Positions 46,530 through 57,948 of a DNA stretch of 64,000 nucleotides are shown piece after piece; position 1 is the stretch's first letter; each line of letters starts with the position of its first letter. The translations under genes and the position numbers were made by a program. The notes below the pieces were generated by a model. It did not search any database, was not told the DNA's origin, and saw only the letters and a program-made list of their open reading frames with translations. The stretch spans positions 144,212,001 through 144,276,000 of the forward strand of contig NC_042997.1 in assembly GCF_006345805.1 (NCBI RefSeq). Direction: 5' to 3'. Source of the DNA: Octopus sinensis (taxonomy: Eukaryota).

Positions 46530-47084
46530 TGAGTGAGAGAGCAGTGCATGCCATCAAAATGACACTAGGGTACAAATATACGAAGCCCAGTATACCCATC
46601 ATGACTACCTGTCTGATAAGGGTACACCAGGCACATGCATCACAACCTTATGTGCGCGACTTGGTGATCTCATATCAAGATAACCAGCGCATAACCTTGC
46701 AGGTGGGACCCAGTTAGAATTTTCTTCTGGTCAAGTAGCCCATCCCGCTCAAAAGGTCCCTGAATAAGGATTGTTTAAGGATGTTGAACGAACCACCCAT
46801 GTTTCCAGAGGTGAATTATCCAAACCTCCAAGAATTCCTTTCGACACACGGCTATGATGCTCCCCCACTACTTCTGCTCGTGATCAGAGATGCACATATC
46901 GTCAGCCACTAAGGGACATGCTCAACTGGTTAAGGTCAAACAACTGACAAGCAAATCTGTGTTACTGAGCAGAGTATTTGCTGTAGCCCATCTTTTACAC
47001 CAAGACAAAACAATGTACATGATAACACTTCCAATCAGTTAAGATCAGCAGCCATGAGAGCCACTGTCTGGTACTGCATCGGGG

Positions 47085-47086
<2 letters not shown>
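46530..47086 (-). mobile_element. Dispersed ~550-bp repeat, probable LINE 3'-UTR-derived element with (AAT)n tail
   Basis: A complex, GC-balanced block flanked by ATT tracts, whose minus-strand end is ...GCATGCACTGCTCTCTCACTC(AAT)n. I recognise it as a common octopus repeat; the clade is not determined. Confidence 0.55.
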
Positions 47087-47160
<74 letters not shown>

Positions 47161-47411
47161 TTGTACTGTCTTCGTTCTCTGCTCAAGTATTAAATCATAT
47201 CGTCTCATGCATAATTTGGCATTTTCTTTAAAATCAAAATTCCACCATTATTTGCTTAATATCTTTTGCATGTGGATTTGGGCGGCTCTAGAGTTAACCT
47301 TTTCCATTTTAATTTCCCAAAACTCACTCGGAAACTTCCTGTTATGGTATCTTGCAAGGCCATTGTGTGAAGTTTGTTCGATATCTTTCTCCGCGCTCTC
47401 CCAGTTTTCTT

Positions 47412-47478
<67 letters not shown>

Positions 47479-47970
47479 TACACACACAGCTTCAGATTAT
47501 TTGACTTCTCAGTAATTTCAATTACTTTCAATTTCAATGTTGTTGAAAACTTGTTTTTTCTTTTTCTGAGATGACTATACTCATAAAATGACGATGAATT
47601 CTAAAGCCAAAATCACATCTTGAATTGGTAGCATTCTTTCTGATCGCACCATCGCACAATGTATAAGATGGAGCTATTTCTCAATCAAATTTTGTTGTTC
47701 ACCGGATTTCGGTTTTATCCCTCGCTCTCCTCTACTAGCCGCCTCAGCCAACAACCACCACTCTCATGATCCGATCACCCTTTTTTTTCTGTAGATATGT
47801 AGCGGATGGGTGTTGTTTATAGTGGACTGAGTTGAGCTGACAGAATGTAACATGAGATTGATTTGAAGGAGGATATATGTTTTATCTACAAACCGAAATT
47901 TGTTTATATACTTTAAATTGGTAACGAGATGTATTTATATACGTTAAAACATCATTGCAGGATTTTTTTC

Positions 47971-49720
47971 TTATTTAGTTTGGAGCTTGGGTATCTTGAT
48001 TTTCATAATTTGTTTTTTACTTGCTGTTGGTTGCTCACTATATCTTTCTTGTTGTTTATTGTTATTTGAAAGTCGATAGGTATTTTTGCCACAAACTTCT
48101 GCAACAGTGTAAGGACCTGTGCGGCGTTCCGTAAAATGTCTTTCCTTTCTGTCCTCTCGAATTAGGTTTTTGAGCAGAACTTTATTTCCAATACTGAACT
48201 GCTGTTGCTCGTGTATTCTATCGTATTGTTCTTTTTGAACGGACTGAGCTATTCTAATATCGGAAGCAAATCGAGAAATCAAACTGTCCCGAATAGCTGT
48301 CATAACATAAATTTTTCTGGATATAGATTGATCATTTCCAAAACTGTCCTGGTCTTTGACAGTTGAGTTGTGCTGTAGTTCAACTGGAAGCAGCACAGGA
48401 TTAACCATTAAGCAAAATAAGCACGTACTTAGAGCATCAAGGGAAGGAGGGGGCACCACAGAAATGGTAAATGATTTACGGCACAAAAGAAATAATTTTA
48501 AACTTGCTAAAATAATATTCGGGATTCCTTTATCTCTACTAAGTATAGATGAAGATGTGTTACATCAGATTAATTTTCAGGAGCTGATCGAAGACTTCGC
48601 AATTCAAAGAAGTAGGAGGAAACTTTTCAAATATAAATAACTTTATTTTCCCTCTTACTGTTTTGTTTCGTTTTGAAAAATAAGAAATTATTTTATGGTT
48701 TGTTGTTATTTATATTTTGAATTACATAATATTTTAAGGGGGCACCAAAATCTTTCAACTGCTTAGGGCCTCGATGGGTTTTAATCCGGCCCTGACTGGA
48801 AGTGTAGCTTGCCTATTGTATAAAATTTGAATCGCGGTATAATGTGTTAAAGAATGTTTGGGTGTTCGATACGCAAACAGAACTACTGGTAAGCATTCAA
48901 CCCGGTCGCCACGGTCCTCAAGGGATTTGATAAAAGCATCTTTTATGGTGCGATTCTGTCGCTCCACGAGGCCATTTGCTTGAGGGTGATAAGCACTCAA
49001 CAAATGTGCTGCTGTTCCTGACAGTTTATGTAGTTCTGCAGACACTCTAAGAATTCTCTTCCTTGGTCATTTATCTGAATTTTTATACAGCAATGTCGAC
49101 AAATAACATCCTCAAAGAGAAACTTTCGCATACTTTCCGCTGTGTGAACTTTCAAAGGTCGAGCTTCAGGTCATTTGGAAAAGTAATCCATTGCAAAAAC
49201 AATGCAACAATAACCATCATCTGTTTTCGGTAAATTGGTGATATTTGGGCCATCACTTCATTTGGCACAGGAACAGGATGAAGCTCTCAAACATTAATTT
49301 TGCGAACAGGGTTCACTTTTTGACACCGATCGCAAGACAAAACGAACTCTTTCGTGTCTTTCCCCACATTTTCCCAATAAAACCTCTCCAAAATTTTAGC
49401 CCTTGTTCTGTCGACACCAAGATGACTTCCCAAGCAAGGGACTGTATCACTATCTCCACAGTCCATGTGAATACATGAAATAATACTCTTCTATTCATCC
49501 GGATTGCGAATGACCAAGACTTTTCGATATTCATTTTCAGAATTTGTTGCTCTCTCTCTGCTCTGTGACGATAGTAGAGTTGACCACTCCGTGCAACATA
49601 ATGCTTAGAGAGTCTACGTAGGTTTGCCTTTTCGTTTTTGGACATATGGGGTCCATATTTGTTGTCAACAACATAATCAAATATCGAATTAATGATATCA
49701 GCTTTGTCCTGTGTAGCCAT
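47971..49720 (-). pseudogene. Stand-alone Gypsy-type integrase (GIN/Ginger-like), decayed and interrupted by a hAT derivative
   Basis: H2C2 finger (IH...GSHLGVDRTRAKILERFYW...CDRCQ), DYFSK*PEA, NDQGREF, SAYHPQANGLVER and GPY module (KVLLKN...RRTGPYTV). Starts at MATQDK with no RT or RNase H upstream. Confidence 0.85.
48391..48794 (+). mobile_element. Non-autonomous hAT deletion derivative
   Basis: 8-bp TSD ACTGGAAG (48383-48390 and 48795-48802). Termini CAGCACAGGATTAACC / GGTTTTAATCCGGCCCTG. It encodes the hAT C-terminal remnant LSLLSIDEDVLHQINFQELIEDFAIQRSRRKLF*. Confidence 0.9.
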
Positions 49721-50455
49721 TCTGGATATGCATCTTTCAAATTTCTTCAGCTTTAAGTGACTAAGTGAAAACTCCATCTAAATGAAAGCCCTGACTTTCT
49801 CTCTGATTTACATTACTTTCTCTTTAATTTACAAATGTACGTTACGCATACACGCACACATAATAAATGTCAACACATACATTTAATGGGTTCACCCATT
49901 ATCTCTCTATTTGCTATCACGGTGACGAACATTTAGGGAAGGATTTTAAGTGGAGGTAATCTGAAATCGTAAGAAGTAACATGAAATCGATTTCAAACTA
50001 CCCTCGGTGGGGGGGGGGGTAATCTGAAATCGCTATACCGGGGCTGGTTTTGAGTAACATAAAGCTTTCCTTTCATAATTCCCAAGTTACTCTGAAAGGT
50101 GGGGAAAAAAAAGGAATATGTATCATATATAATGCATGGATACTATGGAAATACGTCCCGTGTATCACGTGTGATACACACGACAGGTAAGGGTTCAAAC
50201 GAATCATTAATAGCATGAAGCTCATCGGTATTGGAAACCCTGCAAAGGTCATGAGCATTTCCTTCCTGCCTGCCCTTTATCCAAACTCAGCAACAGAAAT
50301 AAAGATTTTTAAAAAATGACAAAAGAAAAAAAATCACAAGTGCTGTTACAGCTGTTCTACAAAGTGAGATTGTGACCGACAATGACTTGACTTTTCTCAT
50401 AGTATTTTCGACCGTTATAGCTGATAGAAACAGTCAACAGTAACACTAGTAACTG

Positions 50456-50463
50456 TGACGTCA
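50456..50463. promoter_or_regulatory. Palindromic CRE motif TGACGTCA in a CpG-rich unique segment
   Basis: Exact 8-mer; function not demonstrated. Confidence 0.3.
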
Positions 50464-50798
50464 TTGTATTGAGCGGTATTGCCTTCCGTCGCTTATTCAA
50501 CAACAACACTGGTTTACTATAATTATCCATCAACGAACTGTAAGATGATGAAGCATTGTGCACTGGTAAATACTATCCATTCAGAGATATGGTAAATAGT
50601 GTGAGTTGTACTGGTTAACCTTTGTAAAAAACGATGTCGTGATATCTTTTGTATCACGTTAATTATACTTCAGTAATAGTAACGATGCTTCGATAATGAA
50701 CTTGAAATATACGTAGCATAATGTTTGTATGAATTGTACATCCAGACGTAGAAAATGAAAAAGAAACGTTATTTTCTTACTGTAACATTTTATGCAAA

Positions 50799-51198
50799 AC
50801 TAGCAGTATCGCCCGGCGTTGCTCGGATTTGTAAGGGAAATAACTATATAAGCATTTTTAGAGATGTAAAGTATAATAGCCATCTCAATATGGCTAACCA
50901 CAAAGGGGGGGGGGTGTTACTGTAGCTTTTTACGTTCTGAGATTTAATAATAAATTTTTAGAGAGTTACTTCCCTTATATATGCCAAAAATGCATTAAAA
51001 ATGTAAAAAATTGATGGTAATTTTTTTTTTAATCGTAGACTCATCGTAGACGCGCGCTAATACCCAGAAGGGCTCGATATGAATCACGACTATAAGATAC
51101 CCGGTTTTGGTTAAACTGCACCGCAAAATGTGGGAGTAGTTAGGAATCTAAATCGTAGGAGACAGGCAGCACACAACCTCTCTTTTATATATAAAGAT
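50799..51198 (+). mobile_element. Non-autonomous Helitron/Helentron-like element (Lep1-like ends)
   Basis: 5' ACTAGCAGTATCGCCCGGCGTTGCTCGG and 3' ...CTTTTATATATAAAGAT|T. There is no TSD. Confidence 0.6.
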
Positions 51199-51319
51199 TA
51201 ATTCCTCTTCCAGCAAATGTTAAATTGCTGGTGATAAACTACGGTCGACTTTTAAACGAGATATACATTCATTCGAGTATATGCATCTATGCATGTATGT
51301 GTTCACACACACACACATT

Positions 51320-51536
51320 CGAGGGGATGGTGAAAAGTTTCTGACTTTGAGTAAAAGAAAATACAGGAGGATCAGTTGATTATGATTTTATCCAATATAT
51401 TCCCCTCTCTGATTCACACACTTATTGCAGCGGTCCTTCAGTGTTTCTAAGCCCTGTAAAAGATCTCGGAAGGTTGGGTCTCCAACCAGGCCTTTGGCGA
51501 CACCCTTAAAGCCAGGAACTTTTCAGCCCTCTCGTG
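51320..51536. mobile_element. mariner-derived MITE
   Basis: TIRs CGAGGGGATGGTGAAAAGTTTCTGACTTT / AAAGCCAGGAACTTTTCAGCCCTCTCG. Confidence 0.75.
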
Positions 51537-51719
51537 TATCACATTCACAAATATTTTAAATACCTGTGTATATATATCAATGCAAAACTAATATTTTTAG
51601 TTTTCACTGAACACTGGTATAAACCAGAGAACTTAGGATGCTAGCAACCCTTTAAAGGATTACAGGTCCTTGACACAAATTATACATACATACATACATA
51701 CACACACACATATATATGT

Positions 51720-52120
51720 AATAGCAGAGATACCCGGCGTTGCTCGTGTTACATGCATTTTGAAGGATTAGACTTTTCTGTTATATTTCTCAAATGAACT
51801 GGAATACCTATGATTCGAATTTCATCAAAATTGCAGATGATGGATCTTTCCCTCTTTACACACCCTAAAAAATTCTAATCATGACATATGTATCCCATAC
51901 TTTGATCTTTATGCGCAGATTCCAAAATTCCAGTCTTATGGAACATGTTAAAAGGATTTTGCTCCTGAAAAATGGAGGTCATGGAGCTCTAAAATGGGGA
52001 GTTAAGGCCCCTATTGGGGGTGGGTGTCATAATGTCAACCAGAGAAGTTGAATTGTTGAGAATCTTTTTAACTTGGGTCTTATATGTATTGTTCGAATTT
52101 CTTTGAAATAGGAAATATAT
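51720..52120 (+). mobile_element. Second Helitron/Helentron-like remnant
   Basis: The 5' end ATAGCAGAGATACCCGGCGTTGCTCG matches 50799; the right boundary is uncertain. Confidence 0.4.
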
Positions 52121-52493
52121 GTATGTTCACTGGGTTTGTAAAAGAGAGCAAACCTACAGGAAACCAAAAGACGAATGATCACAATAAGCAGTCGGCTACC
52201 CTATCCTAGTCGTTACTACTCCCCAGTGAAGGATTCCTCACCATACAGGTGACAGACACAGCTGTATGATGCATTACGGATCTATAGCAATTGGAAGGGC
52301 GTGACCCAACTCAAACATTAACAACTGTATGACGTGAGGGCTAATGGGAAATGAAAGTGTCACCTCTGGAGTTTGCAAATGACCACTATACCGATAGGTA
52401 ACTGGGCAGAATAAATTTGCAATCTATAAATGTCTTTCAATAACCAGTCACTAATCTGGGAAGGCCTTGAAATCAATGTTACCATCGGGGGAT

Positions 52494-52528
<35 letters not shown>

Positions 52529-53209
52529 TATATACACATATGCATGTATATATATGTGTATATATATATGCTACAAAGAATAAATCGTGGGGTCGATTTC
52601 TTCGATTAAAGGTGGTGCTCCAGCATGGCCGCAGTCACATGACCGAAACAAGGAAAACAATAAAAAAAAACTATACCATTTTAATCTCGAGTTGTTACTC
52701 TGTTGGGATAAATTGCTCTACCGTGTGGTAAACATTCTGGATCTCTACTGCCCGTTCTGAGTTCAAATCGCGCTGGGGTCAACTATCTTTGTCATTCTAC
52801 CAGTGTTCAATAGATAGCATAGCAGGTACTATACTTCTCGATACTTCACTTTCTCTCTCTTCTTATTTCTTCTGGAAGAGATCACTTGTGGCCATACCGG
52901 AAGAGGACGAACTCCTCCAGATATACGAAATGCCCCAGACTGGCCGTATATCACAACAGTATTTGTATGACTTCATCGATGCATACATTGGCTCTGCTTT
53001 GCTTTGGTTCTTTAACCCCTGATCGAATCGCAGAGATGCTGTCGTGATATATATGGCGTGTCATGGATATTTTTAGACCTGGCATAGCATATACCATCCC
53101 GTTTATGACCCCCCGCTGATGTACCAAAAGCAAAGCTGACCTCATAGAAATACAAACTAAAATGTGTGTTACAGTTCTATATTTAAGAGATGAGGAATTA
53201 TGTATATTA

Positions 53210-53335
53210 TTTACATTATTTACATTTGACGGATATTTGTCCTCATCTTGTTTCGGCTGATATACCCTCCAGCCTTCGTCAGGTGTCTTGGGGGAAATTT
53301 CGAACCTGGGTTCTCATTCCTAAGGTATTTTTCGA

Positions 53336-53369
<34 letters not shown>

Positions 53370-53373
53370 GTAA

Positions 53374-53428
<55 letters not shown>

Positions 53429-53566
53429 CATCGAAAAATACCTTAGGTATGAGAACCCAAGTTCGAAATTTCCCTAAGACACTTGATGGAGGGTATATTG
53501 GCCGAAACGTTGTGTTAACAACAAACAAGATGAGGACAAATATCCGTCAAATGTAAATAATGTAAA
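53210..53566. repeat. Fold-back element (~160-bp arms around TTA/TAA tracts) with two complementary-damaged hammerhead motifs
   Basis: The arms are reverse complements. The consensus of the two gives GACAC-CUGACGA-a-GGCUG(gaggguauau)CAGCC-GAAA-CGU-U-GUGUU. Confidence 0.85.
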
Positions 53567-54394
53567 ATGTGTGTGTGTGTGTGTTAAAACAATTTTACTC
53601 AGCTGCTCATGACTTGAAGTTGCGTGGTCGGACCCATTGAATACTAGATGAGTGATACCTGATAAAATGGACGCCTCTTACGCGCCCACGAAACCTCAAG
53701 TCATGTGTATCTGAGTCAAACTGCTATTAAAGTTGTATAGACACATATATGTAACTCCCACCATATTGTATTGTATCTTTTCGTTCTCTTACTCACCCGT
53801 GTGAGAGTTTGTGTGTGTGTACATATCTTTTATCTTTTACTTGCTTCAGTCATTAGATTGCAGCCATGCTGGGGCACCGCCACGAACAATTATTTTTCGC
53901 TGAACGAATTGACCCCAGTACTCATTGTTCGGTACGGAACTAATTCTATCGATATCTTTTGCTAAACGGCTAAGCTACGGGGAGGTAAACACATCAACAC
54001 CAGTTGTCAAACGATGGTGGGGGACAAATTGGTTTCTGATTTTCTTTTAGCAAATAAATAATATTCGCTAGGTGAAATCTTCGTCAACAGGTACACCTTA
54101 GATTAAATATATAAAACACGAGGCAATAAACTATGTGCCTATTGTTTATACATCCTAATTTTTTCAAAATCTACTGCGCTGACACAGCCCCTCGTCGGCA
54201 ATAAAAAAAAGTGCCAACTTTTAGAATCCGAAAATTATCCAAAAACTTACAATACTTAATCATATCGAACGGAAAAGGAAATTAATAGAAATTTTCGCTT
54301 CCAGTGGTCTATCGTGTAAAAATATATATGATATACCTGTATATATATAATAAATATATGATAAACATATATGTGTAAATGTGTGTGTGTGTAT

Positions 54395-54530
54395 GTATGT
54401 ATGTAAATCATATATATGTATATCATATATATATGTATATCATATTTATATGTATATCATATATATATGTATATCATATATATATATTTATATCATATAC
54501 GTATATGTATGTCATATATATATATATATA
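54395..54530. repeat. ~17-bp TATCATATATATATGTA minisatellite
   Basis: About seven degenerate units are visible. Confidence 0.75.
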
Positions 54531-55064
54531 TATAATATATATATATATAATATATATATGTAAATCATATATATAGTTTGAAATCCGTACGTTATCGTTC
54601 TGCAGAACACGCGCACTAAAGAATAGCCTCATTAATAGTACGTGTTCATTATAAAAAATATGGAAGCAGACGTCAATAAAATGGGATTGTTAACTTATAA
54701 AAATAATATCTACTTATTTCTAGTAATTGATATTATTAGAGTGAGAGGAAGCATTCAGTCATATACAAATATTTAGCGGGAAAGTAATCATAGTCTGACT
54801 GGTTAAGACGGGGAGATGGAAACGTGTTGTTAAAAAGAGGAAAACAATATTGATACAGATATGAACGCATGACATGTGGACAGTTAAAGTTTTCATGATG
54901 CGCGTGTTACGAGAATTTTGACGTTTCGAGCCATGTTTTTCCAGAGATAAAGTGGGGCTGCGAAATAAAAAGACACGCAAACAATAGGCTGGAACAAACT
55001 CAATTTTTGGGAATTGGTTACTTTTATGTTTTTCTTCTTCCCTCACACACTTTATGTAAGGCAC

Positions 55065-55222
55065 AGGCGTGGCTGTGTTTTAAGAAGTTTACTTCCCACC
55101 TATATAGTTCCGGGTTTAGTCCCACAGTGCGGCACCCTGAACAAGTGTCTTTAAGTGTAGCCTCGGGCGGCCAACGACTTCTGAGTGAATTTGGAAGACG
55201 GAAACTGAAAGAAGCCCGCCAT
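55065..55222 (+). mobile_element. SINE family A 5' half
   Basis: GGCACAGGCGTGGCTGTG...GGAAACTGAAAGAAGCCCG. Confidence 0.8.
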
Positions 55223-55714
55223 ATCTATCTATCTATCTATCTATCTATTTATCCATTTTAGATAAACAAACTTAGAAGTGTCGAGTAGGTTGGATCCTGG
55301 TATTTTACCAAAAATAAAGTAAGTTTCGTTTGCAGGATTCTTTATGTTGAAATAAATTTTGCTATGTCTAAAGACTCTCCCTAGATATAACAAAGTAAAT
55401 TTCGAACGCGGGATAGTTGTGGAAACAGCCTAAAAACTGGGTAAGTATCCATAGAAGACAGGAAATGGTTGCAAAGTGTCACTGAAGCACTCACCTAGGA
55501 GTTACTGCATCCTAAAGTAGAAACAGCCGTAGGCTAATAATGTTCATATGATGTTCGTGTATTCCTTTATCCTCTCATTTTCTCATTACCGCTCTATACT
55601 CGACTAACGTTTTGTTCAGAAACATTCGTATATTGAATTCTACACCAGGTAATTTGTATCGTGATGCCTAAGCAAAATATTAAAACACATTATGTGTGTC
55701 TGTGTGTGTGTATG

Positions 55715-55900
55715 TACTCCTCATCACCGCTTGACAACTGATGTTAGTGTCTTTACATCCCTGTAACTTAGCAGTTCAGTAAAAGAAACCGATAGAATAA
55801 GTACCAGGCTTAAAATAAAAATGTGCTGGGGTTGATTCATCTGACTAAAATTCAAGGCGGTGCCCCGGCATAGCCGCAGTTTAATGACTGAAACAAGTAA
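55715..55900 (+). mobile_element. SINE family A 3' module
   Basis: CGCTTGACAAC.GATG.TAGTG...GACTGAAACAAGTAAAA. Confidence 0.75.
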
Positions 55901-56249
55901 AACCCCCCCACACATTAATATATAGACATACGCACTATATGCGTATACATATCTGTACATTTATGTAGAACTTATATTTCTCGAGAAGAAGGCAATAAAT
56001 ATCAGGATTTAAAGTTTCCAAAAATCATCTGATTCTTCTTCTGGAAAGAAATGCCGCTGGAGATATGAAATTAAGGCCCACATTCGTGATTCAATCTGAA
56101 AATTCAAAGGCTTTCAAGGATTACGCTAAGTTTAATTTACATCTGATTTGGTATTCAAATAAAACGTTGATGATTAAAAGCCTTTTCAAAGAGAGATTTA
56201 CAAATATCTTTTGTCCTCCTGTAGAAAGGTACAGTAACAGACATAATGC

Positions 56250-56450
56250 TGATTTCAAATTTCGGCACAAAGCCAGCAATTTCGGGAGAGGGGTTAAATC
56301 GATAACATCGACTCCAATGATCGACTGGTACACATTTTAACGACCCTGAACGGATGAAAAGCAAAGTCAACCACGGCGGAATTCAGAACGTAAAGACGAA
56401 CAAAATGCCGCTAAGCATTTTGCCTGGCGTGCTAACGAGTCTGCTTATTA
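56250..56450 (-). mobile_element. SINE family B
   Basis: Family B consensus on the minus strand. Confidence 0.75.
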
Positions 56451-56495
56451 ACCACTTTGTACTAGACATATTTCCAACAAAGCATTGCTCTATAT

Positions 56496-56846
56496 CAGGG
56501 ATTCCCAACCATTTTTTTAAATCTATGGACCGCTTTGATTGCTATTTTATTCTGGGGGACGCCCATAGCCATTTGATGTTTAAAAACTAGTTGTATAGAA
56601 AGTTCTTTCAAAATTCCTATTTTGCTTTTCACACATTAACTTGTGTAGGTGAACTATGTAAAATGTTAAAGAAAGAAACCTAGTTTTTACTTGCAATACA
56701 TACCGTTATAATGCAAAATTATTTCAGAGCCCTTAAAATACTATTGTGGATCTCCAGTTTACCATTTTGTTGCGTGGATCCCGTAAAATCTTATATGGAC
56801 CCTCAGGAACTCATATGGATCTCAATCTCCCGGTTGAGATCCAATG
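56496..56846. mobile_element. hAT MITE (third copy)
   Basis: TIRs CAGGGATTCCCAACC / GGTTGAGATCCAATG. TSD CTCTATAT / CTTTATAT (1 mismatch). Confidence 0.85.
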
Positions 56847-56854
56847 CTTTATAT

Positions 56855-57091
56855 AGATGATGCATCAGTCACCCAATTTAACTTAAATGAGCTTTGCAAT
56901 GTGATAGTGATACATACGCTCAAGAATACAACTTCTTGCTCCGGCCAATGGATCAATGTGTGATAGCTAACTTCGAGGTATGTTATCCGAGGAGAATTTT
57001 TAAACTACTTATGAAAGAAATTGATAGAAAGGATAAACATGCACTTCGAAACTTCTGGAAGAAGCTCAATGTAATGGACGTTGTGAATATA
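56855..57091 (+). pseudogene. Tigger/pogo DDE_1 transposase fragment
   Basis: NTTS/LLRPMDQCVIANFEVCYPRRIF...LRNFWKKLNVMDVVNI matches the PNTTSLLQPMDQGVIANFKAYY...FWK motif. Confidence 0.75.
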
Positions 57092-57948
57092 CGAGGTCTG
57101 ATCAATAAGTATCCAGACTGTTGCTATAGTAACGAAACTAAAGCATACAGAGTGAAGCCGCTTGGCACAGATTGACCTTGAACTCTGCAGTGCATGCGCA
57201 CTAAGTTTTAACATTCTAGCTCTATTCCGCTGTTTACAATAATGCTTGGAAGGAAGGCGTTTACTATGACAGAGAAAGTTGTCATAGTGCTACCTGCTCA
57301 GAGGCCAACGCAAAGTTGCGGAAAGTGTATGGAGAGGAGTGTATGAGTCACATACAAGTGTACGAGTGGTTCAGGCGTTTCCAAAATGTCGATATAGACG
57401 AACATTCTGGGAGACCCACAACCGGTAGAACTGAGAAAAGCATTGCAGATGTGCGTGCAGCTGTGAGGGGAAATCGTCGAATCACAATCCGTGAGTTATC
57501 AGAGGATGTGCAAATTAGTTACGGTTCAGTTCAGTCCATTATCGCTGAAGATTTGGGTATGAGACGCGTGTCTGCCAAGTTTGTGCCAAAACTGCTTTCA
57601 GCTGACCAAAAGAATACTTGAGTTTCAGTTGCACAAGATCTCCTTGATTGAGTCGAGAATGATGAAAACTTTTTTGAAATCTTTGCGTTAGGCCTCTGAA
57701 CAGGCATCGCCAAGCTTTTGGTAAAATTTGATGCAGATTGTCTGCTCAACTTTCTCTGTCATGGTCAATACGATGATCACACGCTACACACCTTCCTTCC
57801 AAGCACTGCTGTAAACAGCGAAAGTGAGCTAGAACGAAAGCTTAGTGTGCATGCAGAGTTCAAGGTCAATCTGTGCCAAACGGTTCAACTCTCCGTGCTT
57901 TAGCTTCTTTACATAGCAATAGTCCGGATATTTATTGATCAGACCACG
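57092..57948 (+). mobile_element. mariner-family element with a duplicated, inverted 5' end
   Basis: TIR CGAGGTCTGATCAATAAGTATCC.GACT at both ends. N-terminal transposase QVYEWFRRF...SGRP...RRITIRELSE...GMRRVSAKFVPKLL. 57690-57948 is the reverse complement of the 5' ~250 bp. Confidence 0.9.

Noticed and set aside
47165-47410. Minus-strand ORF tails (ENWESAEKDIEQ... / SKKTGRARRKIS...) as host exons or GIY-YIG
   Set aside because: There is no recognisable motif or splice pair, and the ORF length comes from the adjacent (TG)n tract.
52789-53145. ORFs 52789-53022(+) and 52951-53145(-)
   Set aside because: They are short, start within a SINE remnant or show no recognisable domain; they are probably repeat-derived.
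54905-54945. Minus-strand GCTCGAAACGTC hammerhead half
   Set aside because: The 5' core and stem I are too degraded to call.
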